Positions 16,386 through 25,024 of a stretch of DNA of 28,166 bases are shown piece after piece (position 1 is the first letter of the stretch; the number at the start of each line of letters is the position of its first letter). Source of the stretch: a virus; the IMG/VR virus record IMGVR_UViG_3300045988_089490, positions 1 to 28,166 of that record. One strand, given 5' to 3'. The notes below the pieces were generated by a model that searched no databases, was not told the origin of the DNA, and saw only the letters and a list, made by a program, of their open reading frames with translations. The translations under genes and the position numbers were made by a program.

Positions 16386-17168
16386 ATGTATCATTTTAGA
16401 TTTACACCTGAAAATAAACTGCGTTATACGCAAAATATTATGTATTTATTAAAGGTAAGTGAGCGTCCTGTTATTCCTATGGCAGAGGAAATTGTAGAAA
16501 CATCTACACTTGGTGACGGTACTACATCGTATCGTCATACAGGTGTATATCAAGATCGCAAAATTCCTATCAAATGCAACTTTGTTTTAAATAGCAAGAA
16601 AGAATATCTAGATCGTATCTATAAGATCCAACAATATTTTAATGGAAACAAAGGAATATTGGAGTTAACTAGTGATGATAGAGAACATTATTGGAAGGTA
16701 AAAAATATAACGTTCGATATGGATTCTAGAGATTTTGGGCGAGGAAGTGAATTTACAATCACGTTTATTTGTGAACCTTACAGATACGTAAATAAGTATT
16801 CAAGGCCATACGATATTGTAAGTGGAAAAAAGGTAGAACTTGCGAATTATTATGAAACAGCATATCCAATCTATCGTCTATATAACACTTCCATGAACGC
16901 AAAAAACATTACGATTAATTGTAACGGAAATAATTTTACAATCACAAATCCTTTTAACGGTGCATCGGATATTTCGTATGTTGAAATCAATACAGAGAAT
17001 TCTTATATGAAAACATACTATAAAAATGGAACGTATAAATATGACACATTGAAAACAAGTGGATCATTTGACGGACTTAAGTTTAATTATGGTTCAAATA
17101 ATGTATTGATCGCAACAGATATTGGTGCTATTCGTGCAGAAATTATACGTAATTATAGGGAGAAATAA
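16386..17168 (+). CDS. Distal tail protein (Dit)
   Basis: First gene after the tape measure gene. ATG 16386 follows a GGAGG SD at 16373-16377. Its roughly 260-aa size is typical of siphovirus Dit. Confidence 0.75.
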   Translation: MYHFRFTPENKLRYTQNIMYLLKVSERPVIPMAEEIVETSTLGDGTTSYRHTGVYQDRKIPIKCNFVLNSKKEYLDRIYKIQQYFNGNKGILELTSDDREHYWKVKNITFDMDSRDFGRGSEFTITFICEPYRYVNKYSRPYDIVSGKKVELANYYETAYPIYRLYNTSMNAKNITINCNGNNFTITNPFNGASDISYVEINTENSYMKTYYKNGTYKYDTLKTSGSFDGLKFNYGSNNVLIATDIGAIRAEIIRNYREK

Positions 17169-17170
17169 AG

Positions 17171-18760
17171 ATGATTCATTTATTCTTTTCTAGAAAAAAA
17201 ACAACATATGCACAAATGAAAGAACGTAATGGAGATGTAATTTTAAAACATTGTGTTAGTGCAAAAGCAGTGTTTGAAAGAAATTCTATTTGGTGCGTAG
17301 AAATAGAATTCCCAAAAAGTGATTTGATGGGTATGGAAATCAGTGATGAATCCGTGTTTAAAGTGGATATCAATTTTGAAGAACCTCAGTTATATAGAAT
17401 TGCGTATCCAAAATACAACAAACAGAAAGATACATATACATGCTATGCAACACATGTGTTCTTTGATTCTCAAAAAGAAGTGTTTGTGTTTGATGATCGT
17501 ACTATGAGTGGTACGTGGCAAGATGCGATAAATACCGCAAATGATATTATCACAAATTCACGGCCCAATTATCCTTATAAAATTTATGGACATGGAAAAT
17601 ATGCAAACTATGCCAACGTTAATGCAGAGAATGAAAAAATCGTTTATTTCCGAAATGTTCAGAATAGTTGGTATTGTTTGGATGTTCCAAACGCAAGTGA
17701 AGATGCATCTTTACAGTTACAGACGTATCAAAGAAACAGAACGTCCGCACAGACTTTCATGTTGAAAAAAGTAGGGTCAGACAAATATGGAGATATATAT
17801 GGAATTTTATCTTTATGTTCATGTAGATGGCTTAAATTGGACTCAGGAAAGGTTGTGTTAGGCAGCCTATCTGAAAGTCCATCAGATAATTCTGAGAAAT
17901 GGTGGTTCATTAACAATGGTTCTAGTTACGAGATTGCACCATATGGAAACATATATTATGGCATCTATCCTAGTTCAACGAGTATTGGCAATGGAAATAA
18001 AGTTATTGTTGCTGATAGAGGTACTGCCGAAGTTGGAAATGCGTGTAAATGGATGGTTGAAGATGTGGATTCCACACAAACGGCATATTGGGTTCGATAT
18101 AATCTGATCCAATGTTTGTTTGGCACAGAAGAAAATTCCATGATGAACAGATGGCCTGAATGTGAAAACAACAGATATGTTGCGATGTTCAACAATTATG
18201 ACTGTTATTTTGGAAATCCAGATTACTATGCTTCCAATTTGAAACCAAATGATTTCTTTATAAGTAATAAAGAAATGTCTGAATACACTAAGAAAAAATC
18301 AATGGAAAATGTAGTTACAGGAATCATACCAAAGGCATACAATGGACGACTTCTACCGAATAACGAGATCGTTAAGGCTAGTAATTGGGATACAGATGAA
18401 ATTCATAGAATTGATGTAAAAGAATATTCTGATATCAAATTGATTGCGGATGATTCACAAGCAGAGAAAACAACATTGGGCGTATTTACAAATGAAGTGA
18501 ACCTAAGAAACTATCTTAGAATACAAGCTAAAAAATCTTTGGAGAAAGAACTGCAAGAGCCAAAAACAGAAACTTCTATTAAATTTGAAGAACTATTTTC
18601 ATCTAATGTGCCTGATGTACAGATGTTAAAGTTAAATGATTCGATTTATGTAGAAACTGAGTTTGGAAAACGAGAAAGGTTTTATTTAAATAAATTGACC
18701 TATAACTTGATTACGGAACGTCCTGAAGATTTAGATCTTGTATTAGAAAGTGAGGTATAA
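17171..18760 (+). CDS. Tail-associated protein (Tal / prophage tail endopeptidase family) with an internal beta-trefoil lectin-like insertion
   Basis: Second gene after the tape measure gene, 529 aa. Residues about 157-300 show three repeats ending in QTF, KWW and CKW. Confidence 0.75.
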   Translation: MIHLFFSRKKTTYAQMKERNGDVILKHCVSAKAVFERNSIWCVEIEFPKSDLMGMEISDESVFKVDINFEEPQLYRIAYPKYNKQKDTYTCYATHVFFDSQKEVFVFDDRTMSGTWQDAINTANDIITNSRPNYPYKIYGHGKYANYANVNAENEKIVYFRNVQNSWYCLDVPNASEDASLQLQTYQRNRTSAQTFMLKKVGSDKYGDIYGILSLCSCRWLKLDSGKVVLGSLSESPSDNSEKWWFINNGSSYEIAPYGNIYYGIYPSSTSIGNGNKVIVADRGTAEVGNACKWMVEDVDSTQTAYWVRYNLIQCLFGTEENSMMNRWPECENNRYVAMFNNYDCYFGNPDYYASNLKPNDFFISNKEMSEYTKKKSMENVVTGIIPKAYNGRLLPNNEIVKASNWDTDEIHRIDVKEYSDIKLIADDSQAEKTTLGVFTNEVNLRNYLRIQAKKSLEKELQEPKTETSIKFEELFSSNVPDVQMLKLNDSIYVETEFGKRERFYLNKLTYNLITERPEDLDLVLESEV

Positions 18761-18761
18761 C

Positions 18762-19358
18762 ATGGCGATTGTATATAGTCATTTAACTGTAAGTCTTACA
18801 AAAGAAAATTCTGATTTAACGTTGGAAATGCTTCAAGGAGATACAGGACGAGGACTTATTGTATTTGTGAGTGATGATGTGATTGTAGATGAACCTTCAG
18901 AAACTGACTCATCATTAACGGCTACTATGTGGATTGAAAAACCAAGTGGATTAAATGTAAGTGTGGATGCGACTAGTGTATCACGATTTGAAAACTCGAA
19001 TGCATATGAAATTACATTTTCTGACACAGAAACGTTTGCAAATATTCTAGCAGAAGCAGGTATTGTAAGTGCTGAAATCGTATTGAGCTCAGATAATACA
19101 TTTGTAACTTCATTCACATTTAAAATTAAAGTTGTAAAGAATTTTGCGTTAGATAGTGGTATTGATTCAACAGAAAATTTTAAAAATCTGTTAGATGCGA
19201 TTGCAAAGGCACAAACAACTATTAAAACATTGGAAGGATATCAAAAACAATTTGATGATCGATTAAAGCTTACTGTAAATGTACGTAGTGGAACTACAGA
19301 TCCTACTGTACAAGATGGTGATAAAGCTGGGGATATCTATATCAAATACGAGGAATAG
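18762..19358 (+). CDS. Baseplate upper protein-like (BppU N-terminal-like)
   Basis: LQGDTGRGLIVFV is the QGD..sR.l motif of BppU-type N-terminal domains. I prefer ATG 18762, after a GAGGT SD, to the listed GTG at 18750. Confidence 0.55.
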   Translation: MAIVYSHLTVSLTKENSDLTLEMLQGDTGRGLIVFVSDDVIVDEPSETDSSLTATMWIEKPSGLNVSVDATSVSRFENSNAYEITFSDTETFANILAEAGIVSAEIVLSSDNTFVTSFTFKIKVVKNFALDSGIDSTENFKNLLDAIAKAQTTIKTLEGYQKQFDDRLKLTVNVRSGTTDPTVQDGDKAGDIYIKYEE

Positions 19359-19361
19359 TGT

Positions 19362-20399
19362 ATGACTGTTTTAGCAACGTTAACCTATAATCCGTATTTA
19401 ATGCTTACGTTTGAATTTTACAACGAGAGATACGAAGGTTCGTATCCTAATTTAAGATTTAAAGCGGATGTAAGGTTTAGATACACCGGAAATTTCAAAA
19501 TCCAAGCAAACAATGTTGTTACTCTCGGAGGACTTTCTAAAACTATTTCAAGATGGGATTTAAATTATATCCAGGATTCAGGATGGTATTATCTAGGACA
19601 AATTAATGACCCTATGTACTGCAATAGACAACGGTATTTTGAATGGGATGCGAGTTGTCAAGGCTTTCCTAATTTATCGGGGAAAGCAAGATTGACTACA
19701 CCATTAATTGATTTACCATCATATGATGCATGGATATCAGGTGTTGGAAACAATGACATTTCAATTTTTGGAAAGTTGAAAACGAATCCATATAACTTAT
19801 ATACATTACGTTTATATTCTAATAAGGATGAACAATTTGTAAGTAATAATTTAAATGGAAATTATACTTTTACTGGTCTTACTCAGAAAACAGAATATGA
19901 ATTTCATGTAGAATCTTATATGGCAGACTGTAGCGGAAATAGATTGTCACAAACGGTATTAAAGGCCACTACATTGGAAAACTACGCTTCTGTATATGTA
20001 ACTTATGTAGATTTTGAAATTATCAAAGGTAGTGGAAATACAGATGATGTGAAATTCACTGTACATACATCGGATGATGGACATGTTAAATCAGTAACAT
20101 ACAAAGATGGATCAAGTCAAAACACAGTGGATTCTAGAAAATTTAAGCTATATTCTGTTCCAAAAAATACAGAAAGAACGATTCAAGTACTTGTTACAGA
20201 TTCATTAGACAGAACATCTTCATGGGTGAACGTTAAATTCAATACAACGTTTACACACATGGAAGTGTGGAGGTTTGATGGAACAAGATGGAAACGGGGC
20301 TATTCATTAGCAGTTACACAGAATAGAAGTAATTATCAGTTATGTAGATTATTTGTTTTTGATGGATTGGAATGGAAAAAGGCAATTCTATATAAGTAG
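19362..20399 (+). CDS. Tail/baseplate structural protein with a fibronectin type III-like segment
   Basis: 345 aa. YTFTGLTQKTEYEFHVESY is an FN3-like strand pattern. The gene lies in the baseplate module. Confidence 0.5.
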   Translation: MTVLATLTYNPYLMLTFEFYNERYEGSYPNLRFKADVRFRYTGNFKIQANNVVTLGGLSKTISRWDLNYIQDSGWYYLGQINDPMYCNRQRYFEWDASCQGFPNLSGKARLTTPLIDLPSYDAWISGVGNNDISIFGKLKTNPYNLYTLRLYSNKDEQFVSNNLNGNYTFTGLTQKTEYEFHVESYMADCSGNRLSQTVLKATTLENYASVYVTYVDFEIIKGSGNTDDVKFTVHTSDDGHVKSVTYKDGSSQNTVDSRKFKLYSVPKNTERTIQVLVTDSLDRTSSWVNVKFNTTFTHMEVWRFDGTRWKRGYSLAVTQNRSNYQLCRLFVFDGLEWKKAILYK

Positions 20400-20414
20400 A
20401 AGGAAGGAGCATAC

Positions 20415-20708
20415 ATGGAGATAAAAAGAGATCATATCTTTATTCGTCAAGGTGATACTATCATTTCTGAAATATCTTTTAATTTCAAAAGTGGAAACAC
20501 ATTTATACCTGGAGAAAAAGATCAATGTTTATTTGTTATTATGAAAAATTTTAAAATGGTTAAATGTGTTGAAATTAAAGATGATTTAAAAATCAGGTGT
20601 CCTACAGATGATTTAGAAGTTGGAACTTATTCTTGGGCTATTCGAGTAATGGCAAATGGTATTCATGATACACCGTTATCTGGTACATTGATAGTAAGAG
20701 GAGGGTAG
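20415..20708 (+). CDS. Small tail module protein (about 97 aa, Ig/BppU-N-like)
   Basis: AGGAGC/GGAAGGAG SD. The pattern RQGDT...L.VGTYSWAIRV is seen in small phage fibre-associated beta-sandwich proteins. Confidence 0.45.
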   Translation: MEIKRDHIFIRQGDTIISEISFNFKSGNTFIPGEKDQCLFVIMKNFKMVKCVEIKDDLKIRCPTDDLEVGTYSWAIRVMANGIHDTPLSGTLIVRGG

Positions 20709-20710
20709 AA

Positions 20711-21619
20711 ATGGCTAAATTAAATGCAACTTTAAGCTTTGACTTAGATACATATGCAGGTGTAGATAATGAGACACTTGTTATTGATGCACGTACTCGT
20801 GAGATTTATATCCCTGATCCTGAAAACGTATTTGGTGTTCAATACGATAAAGATTCTAAATATATTCGGTTTAGGGTTATAAATACGGTTTCAGAAATAT
20901 TTAAAATGGAAGATGCTTTAATACGAGTTAATTATCGAGATTCAAAAAACATTATTGGGTCAAGTATAACTACAGATAAAGTTACTTACTATGATACGTG
21001 TGAATTTGCTTGGATCGTACCTAATAACGCATTAAAAAATAAAGGTGATCTTTATTTTGTGGTGAGTGCGGTTATTGTAGATGATGATGGAAACATTCAA
21101 AAAAGATGGGCTACTACACTATCAAGAGTTGTTACTCCTGAAAGTATATATTCAAAATCTGCTTCATTAGATCAAAATGAACGAGATGAGATTGCGATGA
21201 TGCTTTTACTAGTGTCCGAAAAGTGCAATCAAGCAGTGAAAGATATAAGAGAAGCACGTGATACAGGTGTAACAACAATTACAAATATAAAAGATTCAGG
21301 GATTGAAGAATTAAATGATTTAATTTCCAAGTATGGCATACGCTTTGAGGATTTAAATGTTCTGAAATCTAGAGTAGATCAATTATTCGATTCAGGAAGC
21401 TTGCCTGATGCCAATACTGAAATAACGGATATTCGTATAGGATATGACGGAAAAATTTATTCAACAGCTGGAAATGCGATAAGAATACAGATTTCTAATA
21501 TTATGGAAATGATATTAGATAACCATTTTTATACACCTTTATTAATTGATATAGATTCTGAACTGATAGATGAAGAAAATAACATATTGCAAGCAGATTG
21601 GCGATATAAAGTTGAATAG
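20711..21619 (+). CDS. Tail fibre / baseplate protein
   Basis: 302 aa with a GGAGGG SD. Its C-terminal motif NHFYTPL...LIDEENNILQADWRYKVE is shared with the 22877..23122 ORF. Confidence 0.5.
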   Translation: MAKLNATLSFDLDTYAGVDNETLVIDARTREIYIPDPENVFGVQYDKDSKYIRFRVINTVSEIFKMEDALIRVNYRDSKNIIGSSITTDKVTYYDTCEFAWIVPNNALKNKGDLYFVVSAVIVDDDGNIQKRWATTLSRVVTPESIYSKSASLDQNERDEIAMMLLLVSEKCNQAVKDIREARDTGVTTITNIKDSGIEELNDLISKYGIRFEDLNVLKSRVDQLFDSGSLPDANTEITDIRIGYDGKIYSTAGNAIRIQISNIMEMILDNHFYTPLLIDIDSELIDEENNILQADWRYKVE

Positions 21620-21627
21620 GTGAGATT

Positions 21628-21927
21628 ATGAGACAAGGAACAACACCGACAATTGTTATAAATGTCAACAATATAGATTTAAGTGAATTAAAAAGTGTTT
21701 ACATTACATTTGAGCAAGATGGACATCTTTTAAGAAAAGATATGTCTCAAATTGAAATTGAAGATGATGAAATTAGAATCACATTAACACAAGAAGAAAC
21801 ACTTAAATTCAAGAAAGGGATAGTTAACGTACAATTAAGAGCTATAACACAAGATGGGTTAGCGATAGCAAGCTCAATAGCTACAACTACAGTACATAGA
21901 ATCCTTGATAAGGAAGTGATTACATGA
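21628..21927 (+). CDS. Small tail module protein (99 aa), similar in size and pattern to 20415..20708
   Basis: MRQGTTPTIVINV...ITLTQEETLKFKKGIVNVQLRAIT has the same small beta-sandwich-like pattern. Confidence 0.45.
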   Translation: MRQGTTPTIVINVNNIDLSELKSVYITFEQDGHLLRKDMSQIEIEDDEIRITLTQEETLKFKKGIVNVQLRAITQDGLAIASSIATTTVHRILDKEVIT

Positions 21928-22253
21928 TTTTAATGAATCAAGTTACGTTGGATGTTCAGGATGACTCAGAGCAGATTGATATAGAAGTAGATGGAAATAG
22001 TGATGATTTGAATTTAGAAGTCAAGGAACAATATGGAGGAGGCACATCCGACTATAACAAGCTCAGAAACAAACCTAAATTAAATGGAAATGAAATCATT
22101 GGTGAAGTTGAAGAAATAGACCCAACAGTTCCGAAATGGGCAAAAGCAGAAACAAGACCGGTATACACTCCGGAAGATGTAGGGGCTATGGCAGAAGGTT
22201 CTGTAACATCTGTATCAACAATCGAACTAGATGAATTATGGAATAGTCTATAG
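21924..22253 (+). CDS. Tail fibre-associated protein
   Basis: DYNKLRNKPKLNGNEIIG and PKWAKAETRPVYTPEDVGA are motifs recurrent in Gram-positive phage tail fibre proteins. Confidence 0.5.
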   Translation: MILMNQVTLDVQDDSEQIDIEVDGNSDDLNLEVKEQYGGGTSDYNKLRNKPKLNGNEIIGEVEEIDPTVPKWAKAETRPVYTPEDVGAMAEGSVTSVSTIELDELWNSL

Positions 22254-22264
22254 GAGGAAAAAGA

Positions 22265-22873
22265 ATGGCTATTGAATATTTAGATAAGAGTGGATTGACG
22301 CTCTTAATCAGTAAGATTAAATCTGCATTAGGTGGAAAAGTTGACGTTGTAAGTGGTAAAGGCTTATCGACAAATGACTACACAAGCGCAGAAAAGCAAA
22401 AATTAAGTGGTATCGCAAATGGTGCTCAAGTGAACGTGATTGAGTCGGTAAAGGTAAATGGTACGAAGTTAACGCCAAGCTCAAAATCCGTAGATGTTAC
22501 AGTACCGACAAAGACATCGCAATTAACGAATGACAGTGGATATCAGTCGGCAACGAGCGTTGAGTCAATTATCACGGCTAAAGGGTATCAAACGCAATCA
22601 CAAGTACAATCGTTGATTAATTCGGCAGTTGGTAATATTACATCTATTAGATATGAAAAGGTAACTAGCTTACCTGCTACAGGTTCAAATGGTGTTATTT
22701 ATTTGGTTGCACATTCACATGGAACGCAAGATATTTATGATGAATATATTTGGCTTTCAGAAACAAAAACATATGAAAAGATTGGTAATACAGACATTGA
22801 TTTATCTGCGTATGTTAAGAAGTCAGAATTAACTGCGATTACTACAAACGATTTAAACACAATGTGGGGTTAG
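22265..22873 (+). CDS. Tail fibre protein
   Basis: AGGAGG SD. The N-terminal YLDKSGLTLLISKIKSAL and GKGLSTNDYTSAEKQKLSGI motifs are typical of phage tail fibres. Confidence 0.6.
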   Translation: MAIEYLDKSGLTLLISKIKSALGGKVDVVSGKGLSTNDYTSAEKQKLSGIANGAQVNVIESVKVNGTKLTPSSKSVDVTVPTKTSQLTNDSGYQSATSVESIITAKGYQTQSQVQSLINSAVGNITSIRYEKVTSLPATGSNGVIYLVAHSHGTQDIYDEYIWLSETKTYEKIGNTDIDLSAYVKKSELTAITTNDLNTMWG

Positions 22874-22876
22874 TAT

Positions 22877-23122
22877 ATGGCTTTCGTATTCAAAGACAAA
22901 GCTTCTATTCAGTGGCTTGTCTCGAAAATAAAGTCTGTAACTACTTCACATAACGCATTGAATCAAATGGTGATGAATAATCACTTTACTACGAATTTGA
23001 ACGCAACAAGTGCTCAAGATTTAGTTGATGAAAAAGGAAATACAATCCTAGCCGATTGGTCTTATGAAGTAGCAAGTGGAGAAGTTGGTAAGGATTGGAA
23101 ATATAAAGTCAAGGAGGAATAA
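22877..23122 (+). CDS. Mini fibre-like protein (81 aa)
   Basis: It combines a fibre N-terminal-like motif (KDKASIQWLVSKIKSVT) with the NHF..ADW.Y.V C-terminal motif of 20711..21619. Confidence 0.45.
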   Translation: MAFVFKDKASIQWLVSKIKSVTTSHNALNQMVMNNHFTTNLNATSAQDLVDEKGNTILADWSYEVASGEVGKDWKYKVKEE

Positions 23123-23123
23123 C

Positions 23124-24008
23124 ATGCCAGGAAAACAAGTAACAGAATTAGACGCATTGCCTAGCTTTACAGATACTAGCTTATTGCCAGTGCATAATGG
23201 CGCAGGATTGAAAAAAGGCTTACTATCGCAACTAGCTAATTATTTAGGAAAAAAATTCAGTAATCCGAATTTATTGATTAATCCGGATTTTAAAATCAAT
23301 CAAAGGGGCGCAACTAGCTACACAAGTGCAGTTGCTCAAACGATAAAAGTTGTGTATTCAGTCGACAGATGGAGTTTGTATGGGCATAGTTTAACAGTTA
23401 ACTCAGATAAATCAGTAACTATAACGCCAACAACTTACAGTGATGGAGCTTTAATTCAAAATTTAGAAACTCCGGTCGATGGAGATATCACCGTTCAAGT
23501 TTATGCCGTTGGTGTAAGTGGAACTGCTACAGTATCTGTAGGACCATCTGATGGTTCTTCAACCACAGAAATAGGAACTTTGAAGAACGGATTAAATACA
23601 TTTACATTTAGTAAAGGTATAAAAAGGTTAGTTATTCGAGTTAAAAGTGGAACGCTAACTTTAAAATACGCAAAAGTAGAGCAAGGAACAGTGGCGACTT
23701 CATTTGTCGCTCCTAATCCGGCAGATGAGCTAATAAAGTGTCAGAGATATTATTTTAAAAGATATTATTATTATGTATTTTATTCCGGTAGTGCAAGCTT
23801 TACATACATATTCTCAGATACAATTCCTAATATGAGAATTAAACCTACAGTAGACTTTGCAAATACTTCTAACTCCGGTTTAACAAAAGCCGTTGTTTCA
23901 TTAGACACTACCGTGAAAGACCTTACCTTGCTTATTCAAGCCGTGACAAGCAAGGTTGGAAATTGCAACGTAGGTGGAACAATAGCCTTAGACGCAGAAA
24001 TCTATTAG
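23124..24008 (+). CDS. Tail fibre / candidate receptor-binding protein
   Basis: ATG 23124 follows AAGGAGG (23111-23117). The N-terminus MPGKQVTELDALPSFTDTSLLPVHNG is typical of fibre attachment domains. It is the last large gene of the fibre module. Confidence 0.55.
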   Translation: MPGKQVTELDALPSFTDTSLLPVHNGAGLKKGLLSQLANYLGKKFSNPNLLINPDFKINQRGATSYTSAVAQTIKVVYSVDRWSLYGHSLTVNSDKSVTITPTTYSDGALIQNLETPVDGDITVQVYAVGVSGTATVSVGPSDGSSTTEIGTLKNGLNTFTFSKGIKRLVIRVKSGTLTLKYAKVEQGTVATSFVAPNPADELIKCQRYYFKRYYYYVFYSGSASFTYIFSDTIPNMRIKPTVDFANTSNSGLTKAVVSLDTTVKDLTLLIQAVTSKVGNCNVGGTIALDAEIY

Positions 24009-24019
24009 GAGGAACTACA

Positions 24020-24364
24020 ATGAACGAATATAAAGTATACGTATCCTTACAAGATGGATACATTACATCTATTAATTCAGAAATCTTTTTATCACAAGAA
24101 GAAATTCAAACAATGGCAGAGATTGATAAAGGGCAAGGCGACAAATACGCACATGCACAAAGTCAATATCTAGACAAAGAATTAGTAGACGAACATGGCA
24201 GATATAACTACAAATATGTAGAAGGTAAAGTGATTGAGGTTGCAGAAGGAGACAAACCAACAATCGAAGAACCAAAAGCAGTGCCAACTGAGCAAGAGAA
24301 GATTAACGCACAATTAATGTTACAAATCGCACAGTTAAAAGCTCAGATGAATGGGGTGAAGTAG
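24020..24364 (+). CDS. Hypothetical phage protein in the XkdW-like position
   Basis: ATG 24020 follows an AGGAGG SD. The 114-aa protein directly precedes an XkdX-like gene, as in PBSX-type tail modules. The assignment rests on position and size only. Confidence 0.4.
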   Translation: MNEYKVYVSLQDGYITSINSEIFLSQEEIQTMAEIDKGQGDKYAHAQSQYLDKELVDEHGRYNYKYVEGKVIEVAEGDKPTIEEPKAVPTEQEKINAQLMLQIAQLKAQMNGVK

Positions 24365-24365
24365 T

Positions 24366-24488
24366 ATGAGTTATGAATTAATTAAATCGTATTATGAATT
24401 AGGTTTATTTACAAATAATGATTTAGAAATTTTTGCTTCTATTGGATGGATTAGTGTAGAACAAAAAAATTCTATCGTTAATAAATAG
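24366..24488 (+). CDS. XkdX family small protein (40 aa, not in the ORF track)
   Basis: MSYELIKSYYELGLFTNNDLEIFASIGWISVEQKNSIVNK shows the YY..GL.t..dl...v..gwIt.eq pattern characteristic of XkdX. A GGGGTGA SD-like sequence lies upstream. Confidence 0.6.
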   Translation: MSYELIKSYYELGLFTNNDLEIFASIGWISVEQKNSIVNK

Positions 24489-24499
24489 GTGATGTTTTT

Positions 24500-24793
24500 A
24501 TGAGTGGAGAATATCTTAGTGTTATTATTTCTGCATGCATGCTTGTAATTGCATTTATTACGTATAATCGTGGCACACGTAAGATGGATGGAGAGCAAAT
24601 ATCCAACATGGCATTTTTGAAGAATGAATTAGAACATATTAAATCAGATTTAAGTGATATTAAAGATTCAATTTCAGAAATTAAAAAAGGAAGCAATTCA
24701 ATGGAAGTGGAGCTTTCTCAAATAAAAGAACAAATAACTACTTTGTTTAAACGTGTAGAAGCGTTGGAGAATCGTAATAAAAATGGATATTAA
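24500..24793 (+). CDS. Membrane protein, N-terminal TM segment plus coiled coil
   Basis: AGGTGA SD. LSVIISACMLVIAFITY is a TM segment and a heptad-like helical region follows. Confidence 0.55.
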   Translation: MSGEYLSVIISACMLVIAFITYNRGTRKMDGEQISNMAFLKNELEHIKSDLSDIKDSISEIKKGSNSMEVELSQIKEQITTLFKRVEALENRNKNGY

Positions 24794-25016
24794 AGATGCA
24801 AACAAGAAACTTCAAAATGTAGAAGAAAAAGTAGATAACATTTATGGTTTTTGCTCAAAATTAATTGATAGAAACTATAAAACAAGTAGAACGATTATTA
24901 CAGTATTGGTTTTAGTGATTATTGTTCTTTATTCTACTATTGTTTGTTGTGGTTATTGGAAAGATGATCATGTGAATAATTGTTCTTGCGAAGCTAATTC
25001 AAACCAACGAATTTAA
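24783..25016 (+). CDS. Membrane protein, coiled coil plus C-terminal TM segment (XhlA-like architecture)
   Basis: The helical N-terminus is followed by TIITVLVLVIIVLYSTIVCCGYW. The gene overlaps the previous ORF by 11 nt. Confidence 0.5.
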   Translation: MDIKDANKKLQNVEEKVDNIYGFCSKLIDRNYKTSRTIITVLVLVIIVLYSTIVCCGYWKDDHVNNCSCEANSNQRI

Positions 25017-25024
25017 TTAAGGCG

